A DNA stretch of 64,000 bases, taken from contig OZ243961.1 of NCBI GenBank assembly GCA_965214605.1, forward strand, positions 2,560,001 through 2,624,000. The letters run 5' to 3'. Below, piece after piece: positions 53,814-64,000 of the stretch. Under the pieces are notes generated by a model, which ran no database searches, was not told the DNA's origin, and saw only the letters and a list, made by a program, of their open reading frames with translations. This DNA comes from an uncultured Candidatus Binatia bacterium (GTDB lineage Bacteria > Desulfobacterota > Binatia > Bin18). Within the stretch, counting starts at the first letter, position 1. Each line of letters opens with the position of its first letter. The position numbers and the translations under genes were made by a program.

Positions 53814-55565
53814 GTGACAAACGCACTCTTCTCCCGAACCGTGTGGGCCGTGCGCCTGACCATCTGTGTGCTGCTCGTCGGTGTCCCGGTCCGAGCCGAG
53901 CTCTCTCACCACGCCCCGTTTGTTGAGAGAGCTCGGCAGGGTATGGTCGTGACTGCCAATGTCCAGGCCAGTCAGGCCGGATTGGAAATGCTGCGCCGGG
54001 GGGGCAATGCGGTGGACGCCGCGGTGGCGGCTTCGTTTGCGATCAGTGTGACTCGCCCGCAGTCCACGGGCGTTGGCGGCGGTGGGTTTCTGCTGCTGTA
54101 TCTAGCTGAGGACAAGACCGTTCTGGCGCTTGATTTTCGGGAACGCGCCCCACGCAGAGCCACGCGTGATATGTTTCTGCGGGATGGCAAGGTCGTGCCG
54201 GGGCTAAGCCGAACCGGCCCGCTGGCCGTTGGCGTGCCGGGCCTAGTGGCCGGTCTGGTCGAGACGCACGAAAAGTATGGGAGCCTGCCGCTTGCAGACG
54301 TGATGGCCCCGGCGATCAACTTGGCCGACAACGGCTTTCCGGTCTATCCGTTCCTGGCCAGGGCCTTGGCCTACCGAGAGGAAATGCTGGGGAGCTCTGC
54401 GGCCACTCGGGCCGTGTATTTCCGGCAGGAGCGCCTCCTAGGCGAAGGCGATCTGCTGATTCAGAAAGACTTGGCCAACACCCTGCGGGCCATTGCCGTC
54501 GGGGGCAAAGACGCGTTTTATCGCGGCCCGATTGCCGCCGCGATTGCGACCGAAATGGAGGCTCGGGGCGGACTCATCACCGCGGCCGACCTAGAGCACT
54601 ATACCGTCCTGGCCCGCCCCCCTCTCTCCACAAGCTTTCAGAACGCCGAGATCTACTCCATGCCGCCGCCGAGCTCGGGCGGAGTGCTGATCATCCAAAT
54701 GCTAAAAGTGCTGGCCGGTTTTCCGATCCAAAAGTTCGGCTTTCAGACCCCCACCGCTACCCATGTATTGGCCGAGACCCTGCGGCTGGCCTTTCGGGAT
54801 CGGGCGCGCTACTTGGGCGATACCGATTTTGTTGAGGTGCCGGTCGAGATGCTGATTTCAGACGACTATAGCAATGCGCTGCGGGCCAAGATTGATCTGG
54901 CCAAAGCCAGCCCTAGTCGCGATATTCCCAACGCTCCGGGAAAGATTGAATCGACTAGCACGACCCACCTGTCGGTCATTGACGCCGCCGGCAACGCCGT
55001 GTCAACAACTCAGACCGTGAATCTGTTCTTTGGCAGCGGAGTGATGGTGCCTGGAACCGGCATTCTGCTTAACAATGAGATGGACGACTTCAATGCTCAG
55101 CCTGATGAGCCGAACGCATTTGGGCTGCTCGGCAAAACCGATGCCAACGCCATTGCGCCGGGAAAGACTCCGCTGAGCAGTATGAGTCCGACGATTGTGA
55201 CCCGCGACGGACAGGTCCGCCTAGTGGTGGGCGGTCCGGGCGGATCGCGGATCATTAGTTCTGTGTTGCAGATCCTGCTGGGCGTTTTGGCCTATGAGCA
55301 GTCTCTGCCACAGGCTATGTTTGCGCCGCGTATTCATCATCAGTGGTTCCCCGACCGGCTTGATGTGGAAGTCTGGGACGGCGAGCAAGACGAGGAATTG
55401 AGCGAAGCGCTGAGACGGATGGGCCATACGGTGCGGGTGCTCGAATCCGGTCCGGGCAAGTTCTCCCGCTTTGGCAATATTCAGGCGATTGGCGTTGATC
55501 CGGACTCGAAACTCATCACCGGGGTTGCCGATCCTCGGGCCGGCGGACGACCGCGCGGCTTCTGA
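53814..55565 (+). CDS. ggt: Gamma-glutamyltransferase
   Basis: GGNAVDAAVA, TTHLSV, NNEMDDF, PLSSM, GGSRI motifs. Confidence 0.95.
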   Translation: MTNALFSRTVWAVRLTICVLLVGVPVRAELSHHAPFVERARQGMVVTANVQASQAGLEMLRRGGNAVDAAVAASFAISVTRPQSTGVGGGGFLLLYLAEDKTVLALDFRERAPRRATRDMFLRDGKVVPGLSRTGPLAVGVPGLVAGLVETHEKYGSLPLADVMAPAINLADNGFPVYPFLARALAYREEMLGSSAATRAVYFRQERLLGEGDLLIQKDLANTLRAIAVGGKDAFYRGPIAAAIATEMEARGGLITAADLEHYTVLARPPLSTSFQNAEIYSMPPPSSGGVLIIQMLKVLAGFPIQKFGFQTPTATHVLAETLRLAFRDRARYLGDTDFVEVPVEMLISDDYSNALRAKIDLAKASPSRDIPNAPGKIESTSTTHLSVIDAAGNAVSTTQTVNLFFGSGVMVPGTGILLNNEMDDFNAQPDEPNAFGLLGKTDANAIAPGKTPLSSMSPTIVTRDGQVRLVVGGPGGSRIISSVLQILLGVLAYEQSLPQAMFAPRIHHQWFPDRLDVEVWDGEQDEELSEALRRMGHTVRVLESGPGKFSRFGNIQAIGVDPDSKLITGVADPRAGGRPRGF

Positions 55566-55582
55566 TACAGAAAGGATCGTGT

Positions 55583-56758
55583 ATGAGCATCGACGTTGAC
55601 TACTACAATCTGGAAGAACTGCTCACTCAAGAAGAGTGTCTGGTGCGGGACGTGGCACGGCGTTTTATTGAGGAGGAGTTCATGCCCCGCATCCAGGGCT
55701 GCTTCCGTGAGGGCCGTTTTCCTACGGAGTTGATCCCCCGCTTGGGCGAACTCGGCTTTTTAGGCATGACTCTGCCAACCGAGTATGGCTGCGCCGGACT
55801 CAACAACATCGCCTATGGCCTGGTGAGCCAAGAGCTGGAACGGGGAGATAGCGGTCTGCGATCTTTTGCCAGCGTGCAGTCCTCTCTGGTCATGTATCCC
55901 ATTTTTCAGTTTGGTTCAGACCAGCAGAAGACCTTGTGGCTGCCACGCCTGGCCACGGCAGAAGCGATTGGCTGCTTTGGGCTGACCGAGCCGGACTTTG
56001 GCTCGAATCCGGGCGGGATGCTCACCCGGGCACGCCGGGAGCGGGGCGGTTATGTGCTGAACGGGACCAAGCGCTGGATCACCAACGGTTCGATCTCCGA
56101 CCTTGCCGTGGTGTGGGCCAAGCTTGAGGAAGACGGCACGGATGTGATACGCGGTTTCCTGGTTGAGAAAGAGCGCCAGGGCTTCATCCGCCGCGACATT
56201 GCGGGCAAGTTCAGCTTCCGGGCGTCGGTCACCTCTGAGTTGATCTTTGAAGATTGCTGGATCCCTGAGGACAATCTGCTGCCCAAAAGTGGCGGCCTCA
56301 AATCTCCCCTCAGGTGCCTGACCCAAGCGCGGTATGGGATTGCCTGGGGGGCGCTCGGCGCGGCCATGGCATGTTATGAGTCCGCCGTGGACTATGCCAA
56401 AAACCGTGTCATGTTCTCTAGGCCAATTGGTGGCTATCAGCTCGTACAGGCTAAGCTGGTCACCATGATCACTGAAATCACCAAGGGCCAACTGCTTGCC
56501 CATCGTCTGGGGACGCTCAAAGACGCCGGGACCATGCGCCCTCAGCATGTGAGCATGGCCAAGATGAATAACGTCTCAGCCGCCCTCCACATTGCGCGTC
56601 TGGCTCGGGACATCCTGGGAGGCAACGGGATCACCGATGATTATCCGGTCATTCGGCATATGTTGAACTTGGAGACGGTCAATACCTATGAGGGAACGGA
56701 AGACATCCATCGTCTGACCATCGGGCGGGATGTGACGGGACTGAGCGCGTTTGAGTAA
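55583..56758 (+). CDS. Acyl-CoA dehydrogenase (glutaryl-CoA dehydrogenase-like)
   Basis: ELERGDSG.RS..SVQSSL, FGLTEPD.GS, TYEGT motifs. Confidence 0.9.
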   Translation: MSIDVDYYNLEELLTQEECLVRDVARRFIEEEFMPRIQGCFREGRFPTELIPRLGELGFLGMTLPTEYGCAGLNNIAYGLVSQELERGDSGLRSFASVQSSLVMYPIFQFGSDQQKTLWLPRLATAEAIGCFGLTEPDFGSNPGGMLTRARRERGGYVLNGTKRWITNGSISDLAVVWAKLEEDGTDVIRGFLVEKERQGFIRRDIAGKFSFRASVTSELIFEDCWIPEDNLLPKSGGLKSPLRCLTQARYGIAWGALGAAMACYESAVDYAKNRVMFSRPIGGYQLVQAKLVTMITEITKGQLLAHRLGTLKDAGTMRPQHVSMAKMNNVSAALHIARLARDILGGNGITDDYPVIRHMLNLETVNTYEGTEDIHRLTIGRDVTGLSAFE

Positions 56759-57407
56759 AGCCGGATACAAGACGGAGTCCATTGAACGGACGATCGGAAC
56801 GCGTCGGCTGACGCTCCGACAAGTCAAGGACCTGCAAAACTGGATAGACCGAGACGCCCTGCTGCGTGACGACACACCGGAGCCCCCGTATTGGGCTCTC
56901 ATATGGACTGGTGCGCAGAGTCTGGCCCGCTACGTTGAGGCATCCGTCGAGTGTACCGACCGGACCGTTCTCGACCTCGGCTGTGGGCTGGGCCTGACCG
57001 GGATCGTGGCCAGCCTCAAGGGCGGCCGGGTGACCTTTGCCGATCTGGAGCCCCAGGCCCTCGCATTTGCCCGCGTGAATGCCGCCTTGAACGGCTGCGG
57101 TGGCTATCGCACCCAGCAGCTCGACTTCAGGTACGACACGCTCGACGGGCGCTTTTCGCTCATCCTGGGGGCCGAGATCGTGTACGATCGCCCGCTGTTC
57201 CCGGCCCTGATCGATTTTCTGCTGCGGCATCTGTCTGTGGATGGAACCGCGCTGCTAGCCGACGCCCATCGAACCAATACCGACGGGTTTTATCGGCAGC
57301 TTGATGCACGGGGGATGGTGTGGACCCGGACGGCCGTGCAGGAGCGCGAAGACAATCTTCCCCTGACCGTCCACCTGGTGACAGTGCGAAAGGGCTCGGC
57401 ATGGTAA
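56751..57407 (+). CDS. Class I SAM-dependent (METTL21-like) methyltransferase
   Basis: PYWALIW, VLDLGCGLGL, GAEIVYD motifs. Confidence 0.85.
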   Translation: MSKAGYKTESIERTIGTRRLTLRQVKDLQNWIDRDALLRDDTPEPPYWALIWTGAQSLARYVEASVECTDRTVLDLGCGLGLTGIVASLKGGRVTFADLEPQALAFARVNAALNGCGGYRTQQLDFRYDTLDGRFSLILGAEIVYDRPLFPALIDFLLRHLSVDGTALLADAHRTNTDGFYRQLDARGMVWTRTAVQEREDNLPLTVHLVTVRKGSAW

Positions 57408-58060
57408 GCCAGCGCACGATCCATAGGGTGTTTCAGATCTTACGGCGCGAGGCGCCAAGCTGGAACGCTCCGGTTGTGACTCACATGGCCGCCCTGTCGC
57501 GTGATCCCTACCAGGTGCTCATTGCCTGCCTCCTCAGCCTGCGGACCAAAGACGAGACCACCGGTCCGGCCGCCCGGCGTTTATTCTCGCTCGCCGACAC
57601 GCCCGCCCAGATGCTGCGCTTAGCGCCCGACCAGATTGAGCGCGCCATCTATCCGGTCGGCTTTTATAGAACCAAGGCCCAGACCGTCATCGACGTTTCG
57701 CGTCGGCTTGTCAATGAGTACGGCGGGCAGGTCCCGGATGAAATCGAAGAGCTGGTGCGCTTCAAAGGAGTTGGTCGCAAGACGGCCAATTTGGTCCTAA
57801 CCCAAGGTTTTCAGAAGCTCGGTATCTGTGTCGATACCCACGTCCACCGGATCTCAAACCGCTGGGGCTATGTCTGCACAAAAACTCCCGAACAGACCGA
57901 GATGGCACTCCGCCAAACACTGCCCACACAGTACTGGATTGAGATCAACGACCACCTCGTCGCTTTGGGCCAGACCATTTGCCACCCAACGTCGCCGAAG
58001 TGCAGCCAGTGTCCACTGGAACGCTACTGTGCCAAGCTGGGGGTCGTACGCAGTCGCTAA
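57401..58060 (+). CDS. nth: Endonuclease III
   Basis: HhH GVGRKTA, VDTHV.RI and C-x6-C-x2-C-x5-C cluster. Confidence 0.95.
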   Translation: MVSQRTIHRVFQILRREAPSWNAPVVTHMAALSRDPYQVLIACLLSLRTKDETTGPAARRLFSLADTPAQMLRLAPDQIERAIYPVGFYRTKAQTVIDVSRRLVNEYGGQVPDEIEELVRFKGVGRKTANLVLTQGFQKLGICVDTHVHRISNRWGYVCTKTPEQTEMALRQTLPTQYWIEINDHLVALGQTICHPTSPKCSQCPLERYCAKLGVVRSR

Positions 58061-59283
58061 ATCCCCCCCCACGACCGCCCCCGACCCGTCGCAAGCTGAC
58101 CTGGGTTGCGGTGCTGTATTTTGCCCAAGGTCTGCCTTTTGGGCTGCTGTTTGAAGCCCTGGCGGTCTACTTTCGCACCCACGGCCTGGGCCTCACAGAG
58201 ATTGGGCTGCTCAGCCTGGCAGGCCTGCCGTGGACGTGCAAGTTTTTGTGGGCGCCGGCCGTCGACCTGTGGGGAAAACGGCGGACCTGGATCGTGACTT
58301 GCCAGGCTCTGCTGGGGCTGGAGCTGTGTCTGCTGCTGGTGTTCGATCCGACTCGGATGAGCGGCCTGACCTGGCTGCTGCTGCTCACCTTCGCCTTTGT
58401 GGCCGCCACCCAAGACATTGCAATTGATGCGTACACGATTGAGCTGCTTGATGAAGAGGAGATGGGTCCGGCCAACGGAATCCGGGTTACGACGTATCGT
58501 TTGGCCCTGATTGTTGCCGGTGGGCTCGTGGTGGCGCTGGCCGGGCTGATCGGCTGGCAAGCCGCCTTTGGAGGGGCAGCGGTCCTGCTTGCCGCTGTCG
58601 CGCTTTTTACCACCCAGGCTCCTGAGGTGAAGCGGCCACGTCCGCAAACGGCCGGCTGGGGAGCTCAGCTCCGGCGTGGCTTCGTTGGCCCGTTGCAGAA
58701 CTTCTGGCACCGTCCCGGCGTTGTTTATGTCCTGCTCTTTATTCTGAGCTTCAAGTTGGGCGATATGGCCTTAGGACCGATGGTGCGTCCCTTTTGGGTT
58801 GATCGGGCCTTCACGCCCGTCGAGATCGGAGCGGTGCCCGGAACAGTTGGGGTGGTGGCGACAATTGTGGGGGCCCTGCTAGGCGGCAAACTCACCCAGC
58901 AGTGGGGATTATTTCGCGCCCTGTGGACACTCGGTGCCGTTCAGGCTGCCTCCAATCTGGTCTACGCCGCTGCCGCCGCCCTGCCGCCGTCCACACCGCT
59001 CATGTACACGGCCTCAGTCGTTGAATCCCTGTGTGGCGGGCTGGGGACCGCGCCGTTTCTGGCGTTCCTGATGCGCGTGTGCGACAAGACCCGCGCCGCC
59101 ACCCAGTACGCGCTGCTGAGCGCCATATTTGGCCTCAGCCGGGCGGTCTCAGGCGCGTTTTCCGGTGTGCTGGCCCACAGCTTTGGCTATGCGGCGTATT
59201 TCACAGCGACCTTTTTCTTGGCCTGGCCCGCATTTTTGCTCTTGCCGTGGGTGCGAAAGTGGATTAGGCAAGAGAGAACATGA
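57979..59283 (+). CDS. AmpG-family MFS permease (start uncertain)
   Basis: LYFAQGLP, KFLWAPAVD, ATQDIAIDAY, ATQYALL motifs. Confidence 0.85.
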   Translation: MPPNVAEVQPVSTGTLLCQAGGRTQSLNPPPRPPPTRRKLTWVAVLYFAQGLPFGLLFEALAVYFRTHGLGLTEIGLLSLAGLPWTCKFLWAPAVDLWGKRRTWIVTCQALLGLELCLLLVFDPTRMSGLTWLLLLTFAFVAATQDIAIDAYTIELLDEEEMGPANGIRVTTYRLALIVAGGLVVALAGLIGWQAAFGGAAVLLAAVALFTTQAPEVKRPRPQTAGWGAQLRRGFVGPLQNFWHRPGVVYVLLFILSFKLGDMALGPMVRPFWVDRAFTPVEIGAVPGTVGVVATIVGALLGGKLTQQWGLFRALWTLGAVQAASNLVYAAAAALPPSTPLMYTASVVESLCGGLGTAPFLAFLMRVCDKTRAATQYALLSAIFGLSRAVSGAFSGVLAHSFGYAAYFTATFFLAWPAFLLLPWVRKWIRQERT

Positions 59284-59633
59284 GAGACCTACTCGTCCGT
59301 GTTTTTGCAGGACTCGGGTTGGTGCTGACACTGCTCCTCATCGGTGGCGCGGTGATTGATCTCGCCTCGTTTGACCGTACCAGGGGTGGCTATGAACCGC
59401 CCTATACCGCATACACCGGCCAGCCCATTGATTGGGACAGAGCTGATGTGACAAAAACCGGCGTGGTTCGCCGGGGGTACGTGCTGCACACCTTGTTTAA
59501 TTGTACGACTGGGATGATAAGTTTTGAGATATTCGGGCAGCAAGTCCGGTTTCGCAAAGTGTCGCAGCGGGGGATTATCGTCCATAAGCCGCGCGAAGCG
59601 TGCATGGAAAGAGGGTTCCGGCCGGAATTTTAA
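59280..59633 (+). CDS. Hypothetical membrane-anchored protein
   Basis: ATGA overlap with the upstream gene; N-terminal TM helix. Confidence 0.65.
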   Translation: MRDLLVRVFAGLGLVLTLLLIGGAVIDLASFDRTRGGYEPPYTAYTGQPIDWDRADVTKTGVVRRGYVLHTLFNCTTGMISFEIFGQQVRFRKVSQRGIIVHKPREACMERGFRPEF

Positions 59634-59656
59634 GACGCACGGACTAAGGAGCAATC

Positions 59657-60325
59657 ATGAATCTGATTCACACGGTATACGAGCCGCCGGGCGACGGGCC
59701 ACATCCAACCCTGCTGACTCTGCACGGCTGGGGCGCCAACGCGCTTGACCTGTTAGGCTTGGCCCCCCATTTGGGCGGCGGTAAGTTTCTGCTCCTCTGC
59801 CCCCAAGGCCCGCTCCAGACCCCCATTGGCGGCGCCATGGTTGGCTACGGCTGGTTTCCCATTACCGGAACCGGGCCGGTCGATATCCCGGCTGTCCTTG
59901 AGGCCCGGGAGCAGGTTCAGACGTTTCTGGCCGATGCGCTCCAGCGCTATCCCATCGATCAACACAAACTGGCGCTCCTCGGGTTCAGCCAAGGCGGGGT
60001 CATGGCCTACAGCCTGGGCTTGAGTGAGCCTGAACGGTATGCCGGATTAGCCGCCCTGAGCTCATGGTTGCCCAAAGATCTGTTGAGCATCTTTCCCGAT
60101 GTTCCGGCCACCGAACAGCTGCCCGTCCTCATTCAGCACGGCAGTCAGGACGAGCTCGTCGACGCCGGCCGTGCCCGTCAGTCGGCTGAAATTCTGCGAA
60201 ACGTGAGTGTGCCCCTCACCTACCGCGAGTATGAGATGGGACATCAGATTAATGCCGAGAGCCTGCGCGACCTCTCGAACTGGCTGCAAGAGAAGGTCGT
60301 GGCGCCGATTCAGCTGGTCTCCTGA
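59657..60325 (+). CDS. Phospholipase/carboxylesterase
   Basis: LHGWG, GFSQG, HGSQD, GH motifs. Confidence 0.9.
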   Translation: MNLIHTVYEPPGDGPHPTLLTLHGWGANALDLLGLAPHLGGGKFLLLCPQGPLQTPIGGAMVGYGWFPITGTGPVDIPAVLEAREQVQTFLADALQRYPIDQHKLALLGFSQGGVMAYSLGLSEPERYAGLAALSSWLPKDLLSIFPDVPATEQLPVLIQHGSQDELVDAGRARQSAEILRNVSVPLTYREYEMGHQINAESLRDLSNWLQEKVVAPIQLVS

Positions 60326-61200
60326 GCCAGGAAACGTCCGACCTCGCGCACAAACAGGTCGAGCTGATCATGATGGACCCAGTGACCGGCATTGGGGATG
60401 GTCACGATTGTGGGCTGCTGAAAGGCGCGGGCCCGGCCGTCCTTTTCCGGATCTGACGCCCATGAGTCGGCTCCCCGCAGGAGCAAGGTTGGGCAGCGAA
60501 TACGCCCCCAGATATCCTGGGCATCAGTCAGATTAAAGCGGTATGGCGACTGGGCCCGGACATAGTTATCGAACTTCCAGATATACGTGCCGTCCTCGTT
60601 CCGATTCGCACCGTAGAGCGTCAGATGGCGGGCCTGCTCCTGGCTGAGCCGCGGGTTAGCCCCGCGCATCCGTTCGACAGCCTCCTCAAGGGTTTTGTAG
60701 CGACGCGGCAGCCGACTGGCAAAATCGCGCATCTGCGAGATCCACACCCGCATACGCTCTTGGGCGTTTTTCGGCTGTTCTGCAACCATCTGGGGCGGCG
60801 GGCCCAACCCTTCGATAGCGACGACTTTGTTGACCTGGTCCGGATACACCCCGGAGTACTGGAGCACGACCCCGCCGCCGAGCGAGTGGCCGATCAGGGT
60901 CACTGGAAACCGGTCGGTCTGGGCCAACAGCTGGGCGATATCGACCACATGTTCAATCATGGAGTATTCGCTGCCACGGGCCCACTCAGAGTCGCCGTGT
61001 CCGCGCAGGTCTGGGGCAATGATGTGATAGTCCTCACGAAAGGCTTGGGCGACCCAGTCCCAGTTGCGGCAATGGTCCCGCCCGCCATGAATAAGCGCCA
61101 TCAGCGGCTTCTCTGGATTACCCCAGTCGACGTAGTGCAGTTTGAGGCGTTGGGAGTAGAAATAGTGGGAGGTCGGTCCGATGATATTTTGTTTTGGCAT
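60310..61200 (-). CDS. Alpha/beta hydrolase
   Basis: HGGRD, DLRGHGDS, GHSLGG, GHWVHHD motifs. Confidence 0.9.
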   Translation of the reverse strand: MPKQNIIGPTSHYFYSQRLKLHYVDWGNPEKPLMALIHGGRDHCRNWDWVAQAFREDYHIIAPDLRGHGDSEWARGSEYSMIEHVVDIAQLLAQTDRFPVTLIGHSLGGGVVLQYSGVYPDQVNKVVAIEGLGPPPQMVAEQPKNAQERMRVWISQMRDFASRLPRRYKTLEEAVERMRGANPRLSQEQARHLTLYGANRNEDGTYIWKFDNYVRAQSPYRFNLTDAQDIWGRIRCPTLLLRGADSWASDPEKDGRARAFQQPTIVTIPNAGHWVHHDQLDLFVREVGRFLAQETS

Positions 61201-61413
61201 AGGGGTTCCTCTCGCCTCTGGACAGGGATGGGTTGGTATAGAGGGGGGCTCTCTTATTGTCTTGAGATTGTATCCAGAGCACGGGACGGGTCGCAACTCC
61301 GGGGGATGGGAGCAGAGTGCTGCCCTGATTTTTCCCTGCAATGCTGCGGTTTGCAGTATGCAGCGTGACGGAAAGGTTTTGGGTGCCGACCCTGGACTTC
61401 ATAAGGAAAACAG

Positions 61414-62030
61414 ATGATCTACGCTCATCACGTGTCCCGGCGAACGTTATCCTCGACGCCTTCGCCGGATCCGGTACGACCGCGCAGGCGATCTTGGGCG
61501 CTCAACAAAGAAGACGGAGGCAACCGGAAGTTCTTCCTAGTGGAGTGCGAAGACTATGCCGACACGATTACCGCCGAGCGCGTCCGCCGCGTGATAAATG
61601 GGGTGCCAACGGTGAAGGACGAAAACCTGAAAACGGCCTGGGCGGCAGCTTCACCTATTGGACGTTGGGTGACGAAATCAGCGTTGAAAAGATGCTCAGC
61701 GCAGAGAACCTGCCAGACTACGAAACCCTGGCGCGTCACCTCGTCTACACAGCCACCGGCCAAGGCCCAGAGACCGTCCACAAGACAAAGACTCGGGACG
61801 GCTTTTTCTATGAGACGGACGATCGGCTTATCTGATCTACGAGACGGCTCTCGCTTTCCTGCGCAGCGCCGATTCCGCCCTGACCGGCGACTGCGCTGAA
61901 CGTATCGCAAGCCAGGCAAAGAAGAAGCAGAAGAGCGCGATCGTGTTCGCCACGCATAAGTTCATGGGACAAAAGGAATTGAGCGGAACGGGAATCGTGT
62001 TTTGTGGGCTGCCGTATGGGACGGGATAGG
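61414..62030 (+). pseudogene. mod: Type III R-M Mod subunit remnant (C-terminal half)
   Basis: ILDAFAGSGTTAQA, NKEDGGNRKF.LVE, TAERVRRVI, GLGGSFTY fragments across frameshifts. Confidence 0.8.
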
Positions 62031-62219
62031 GAGAAGATGCCTCCCGAGGAAGCAATCAGAACACAGGCTGGGGAAAATGGCTGCGCCCTGTGTCCCTAAA
62101 AAATCGCCAAGAAGTTGCCACACGAACTCCGAGAATTCGTGCGGTCGCCGGTCTTCCTGTCGATGAATTGCTCGCGGGCGTCTCACTTGATGCCTACGGC
62201 GCATGCAATGCAGCTCAAA

Positions 62220-63290
62220 ACCTATTAGCAAAACGCACACTTGAGCAGCTCGACCGTTGGCTTGACGCGCTCAATGCGAGAGGGCCGCAAATGCGCTTGA
62301 AGAGAGCGGCGTCAATATTCCGGAAGAGCTTGGGAACTATCCGCTTTCGGCCTGGAAAAGCCTGAAAGAGCAGAGCGTTCCTCCAGCCGTTCAGACTCAA
62401 GACGGCGCCGCCGAAGTCCCTGACTACATCTCTCGTCTCGAACGGCAGCGGCTGGGGAGCCGATTCCGCACGTTTGCCTCAAGGTCCCGACCGGTGGCGG
62501 CAAGACACTCCTCGACGTTGCCGTGCTTGAGCGCATCAAGTAGGATGCTGGCTTTGTGCTGCGGATCTCTCCCACAAAGGCGATCTAGAACAGACACTCA
62601 GGTGGAGAGGGCAGCACGGCAACTCCGGTCAAAGGAGAATCACTACACCCGCCCCATTGCCCTGGTCCGAGTGCAGAGAACGGGCAGGGATCAGCAGGGC
62701 CTGGGAAACATTTATTGCGAGGATGTGCGCGCATACTTGAGACGGAATCTTTCCGTACCGGAGGCGCGGATAAGAGTGCAGTCGTCAGAGAACAAGGAAC
62801 TCGCACGCGAAGATCTATTGAGTGAACATAGCCCTGTCCGCTGGATTCTCACAAAAGACGCGTTCAAAGAAGGCTGGGATTGTTCGTTTGCGTATGTGTT
62901 AGCCCTGCTGGATAACACAACGGCGACGACCACCATAACGCAAAGGAAGAGAGAATCCTGGAGGGTGGTACGCCAGACAGATACAACGCCGCCTGTTTGA
63001 GCCTTTGTTTGAAAGCGGGTTCACTGGTCTGGAAAGGACTTTGCACTCTATCTGGGAAAGAGCAACGCGATATATTGGCGGCACAAGAATAGCCGCCCGC
63101 CAGGACTACAGGGCTGGCGTTGCCAGCGGGTGTATCCCGATTTCGTGGCCTGTCGTAGGGAGGACGGAAAGCTGTTGATTTTGGAAACAAAAGGGATTCA
63201 CCTGAAAGGAAGCGAAGACGCGGGCAAAAGCTGCTGGCACCCCTTGAGGATGCATACGCGGCCGCTCTTGAGAGGGGACAAATAAAATTT
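62220..63290 (+). pseudogene. res: Type III R-M Res subunit remnant
   Basis: LKVPTGGGKT, KEGWDCSFAYVL, YPDF...LETKG fragments with stops and large deletions. Confidence 0.75.
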
Positions 63291-63595
63291 AACCAGCCGC
63301 TGTCCGATGAAAGACGTCCGGGCGTACGGACACAAAGCTGTCCCTCTTGAAAAATGACGCCCGGCTCATGCGAGGGGAGTTTGAGGGACCGCCGTGCCGG
63401 ACGTGAAGAAGACGATGAGCCGGGATAACTTCTCGTCAGGGGTTTCCGGTGGTAAGCGGTGTTGATAGAGGTTCAGGGCGCGACCGAGCCGTGGAAAGGA
63501 CCGGGAGGGGCTGAGCAGCCGCCTGTGATGCTCGGGCTGGGACAGCCCCTCGGACGGGCGGAAAAGCGACATCAAAAGACGAAAGGAAGATTGTT

Positions 63596-64000
63596 ATGGC
63601 AGGACGACTCGACGGAAAAGTCGCGCTGATCTCCGGCGCCGCCCGGGGGATGGGCCAGGCTGAGGCAGAGCTGTTTGCCCAAGAGGGGGCAAAGGTGGTG
63701 CTGGCCGACGTCTTGGACGACCAGGGTGAACAGGCGGCCCGGGACATCGCTGGGCACGGCGGAGACGCGCGCTACGTCCACCTAGACGTCACTCTAGAGA
63801 GCGATTGGCAGCGCGCCGTTGAAACGGTCGAACAAACCTACGGGAGGCTCTCTATCCTGATCAATAACGCCGGCATTGTCCGGATGGCGCCACTGGACGA
63901 GACGAGTCTTGAGGCCTGGCATGAGGTCATTAATGTGAACCAGACGGGGGTGTTCTTAGGTATGAAACACGCAATTCCAGCCATGCGCCAGGCGGGCGGG
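63596..64000 (+). CDS. SDR-family oxidoreductase (partial, runs off the edge)
   Basis: MAGRLDGKVALISGAARGMG..., LINNAGI; not in the ORF track. Confidence 0.9.
   Translation, partial: MAGRLDGKVALISGAARGMGQAEAELFAQEGAKVVLADVLDDQGEQAARDIAGHGGDARYVHLDVTLESDWQRAVETVEQTYGRLSILINNAGIVRMAPLDETSLEAWHEVINVNQTGVFLGMKHAIPAMRQAGG

Overview
A 64-kb bacterial chromosomal segment containing the replication origin (hemL <- dnaA-oriC-dnaN-gyrB-gyrA). The split F0 atp operon, c-subunit N-terminal extension and many amidohydrolase/LLM/CoA-transferase genes suggest a Deltaproteobacteria-like lineage; this is inference only. The left end is a defence island: a type I R-M system (hsdR-hsdM-hsdS) followed by a translationally coupled three-gene operon. 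That operon encodes a TIGR04255-like protein, an unknown partner, and an ORF missing from the supplied track that runs off the edge and resembles an ADP-ribosyltransferase toxin. Other highlights: (1) a 151-bp tandem array carrying 16 DnaA boxes directly upstream of the ATP-synthase F0 genes, whose 4-box module is a diverged copy of the dnaA promoter module; (2) an oriC with 21-bp-phased DnaA boxes, an IHF site, DnaA-trios and an AT-rich tract; (3) a peroxiredoxin with UGA at the catalytic Cys and a SECIS-like hairpin; (4) tRNA-Arg(CCT); (5) several decayed genes, including a type III R-M remnant. All product calls come from motif recognition by eye, and no searches were run. Several start codons were re-assigned from the ORF track.
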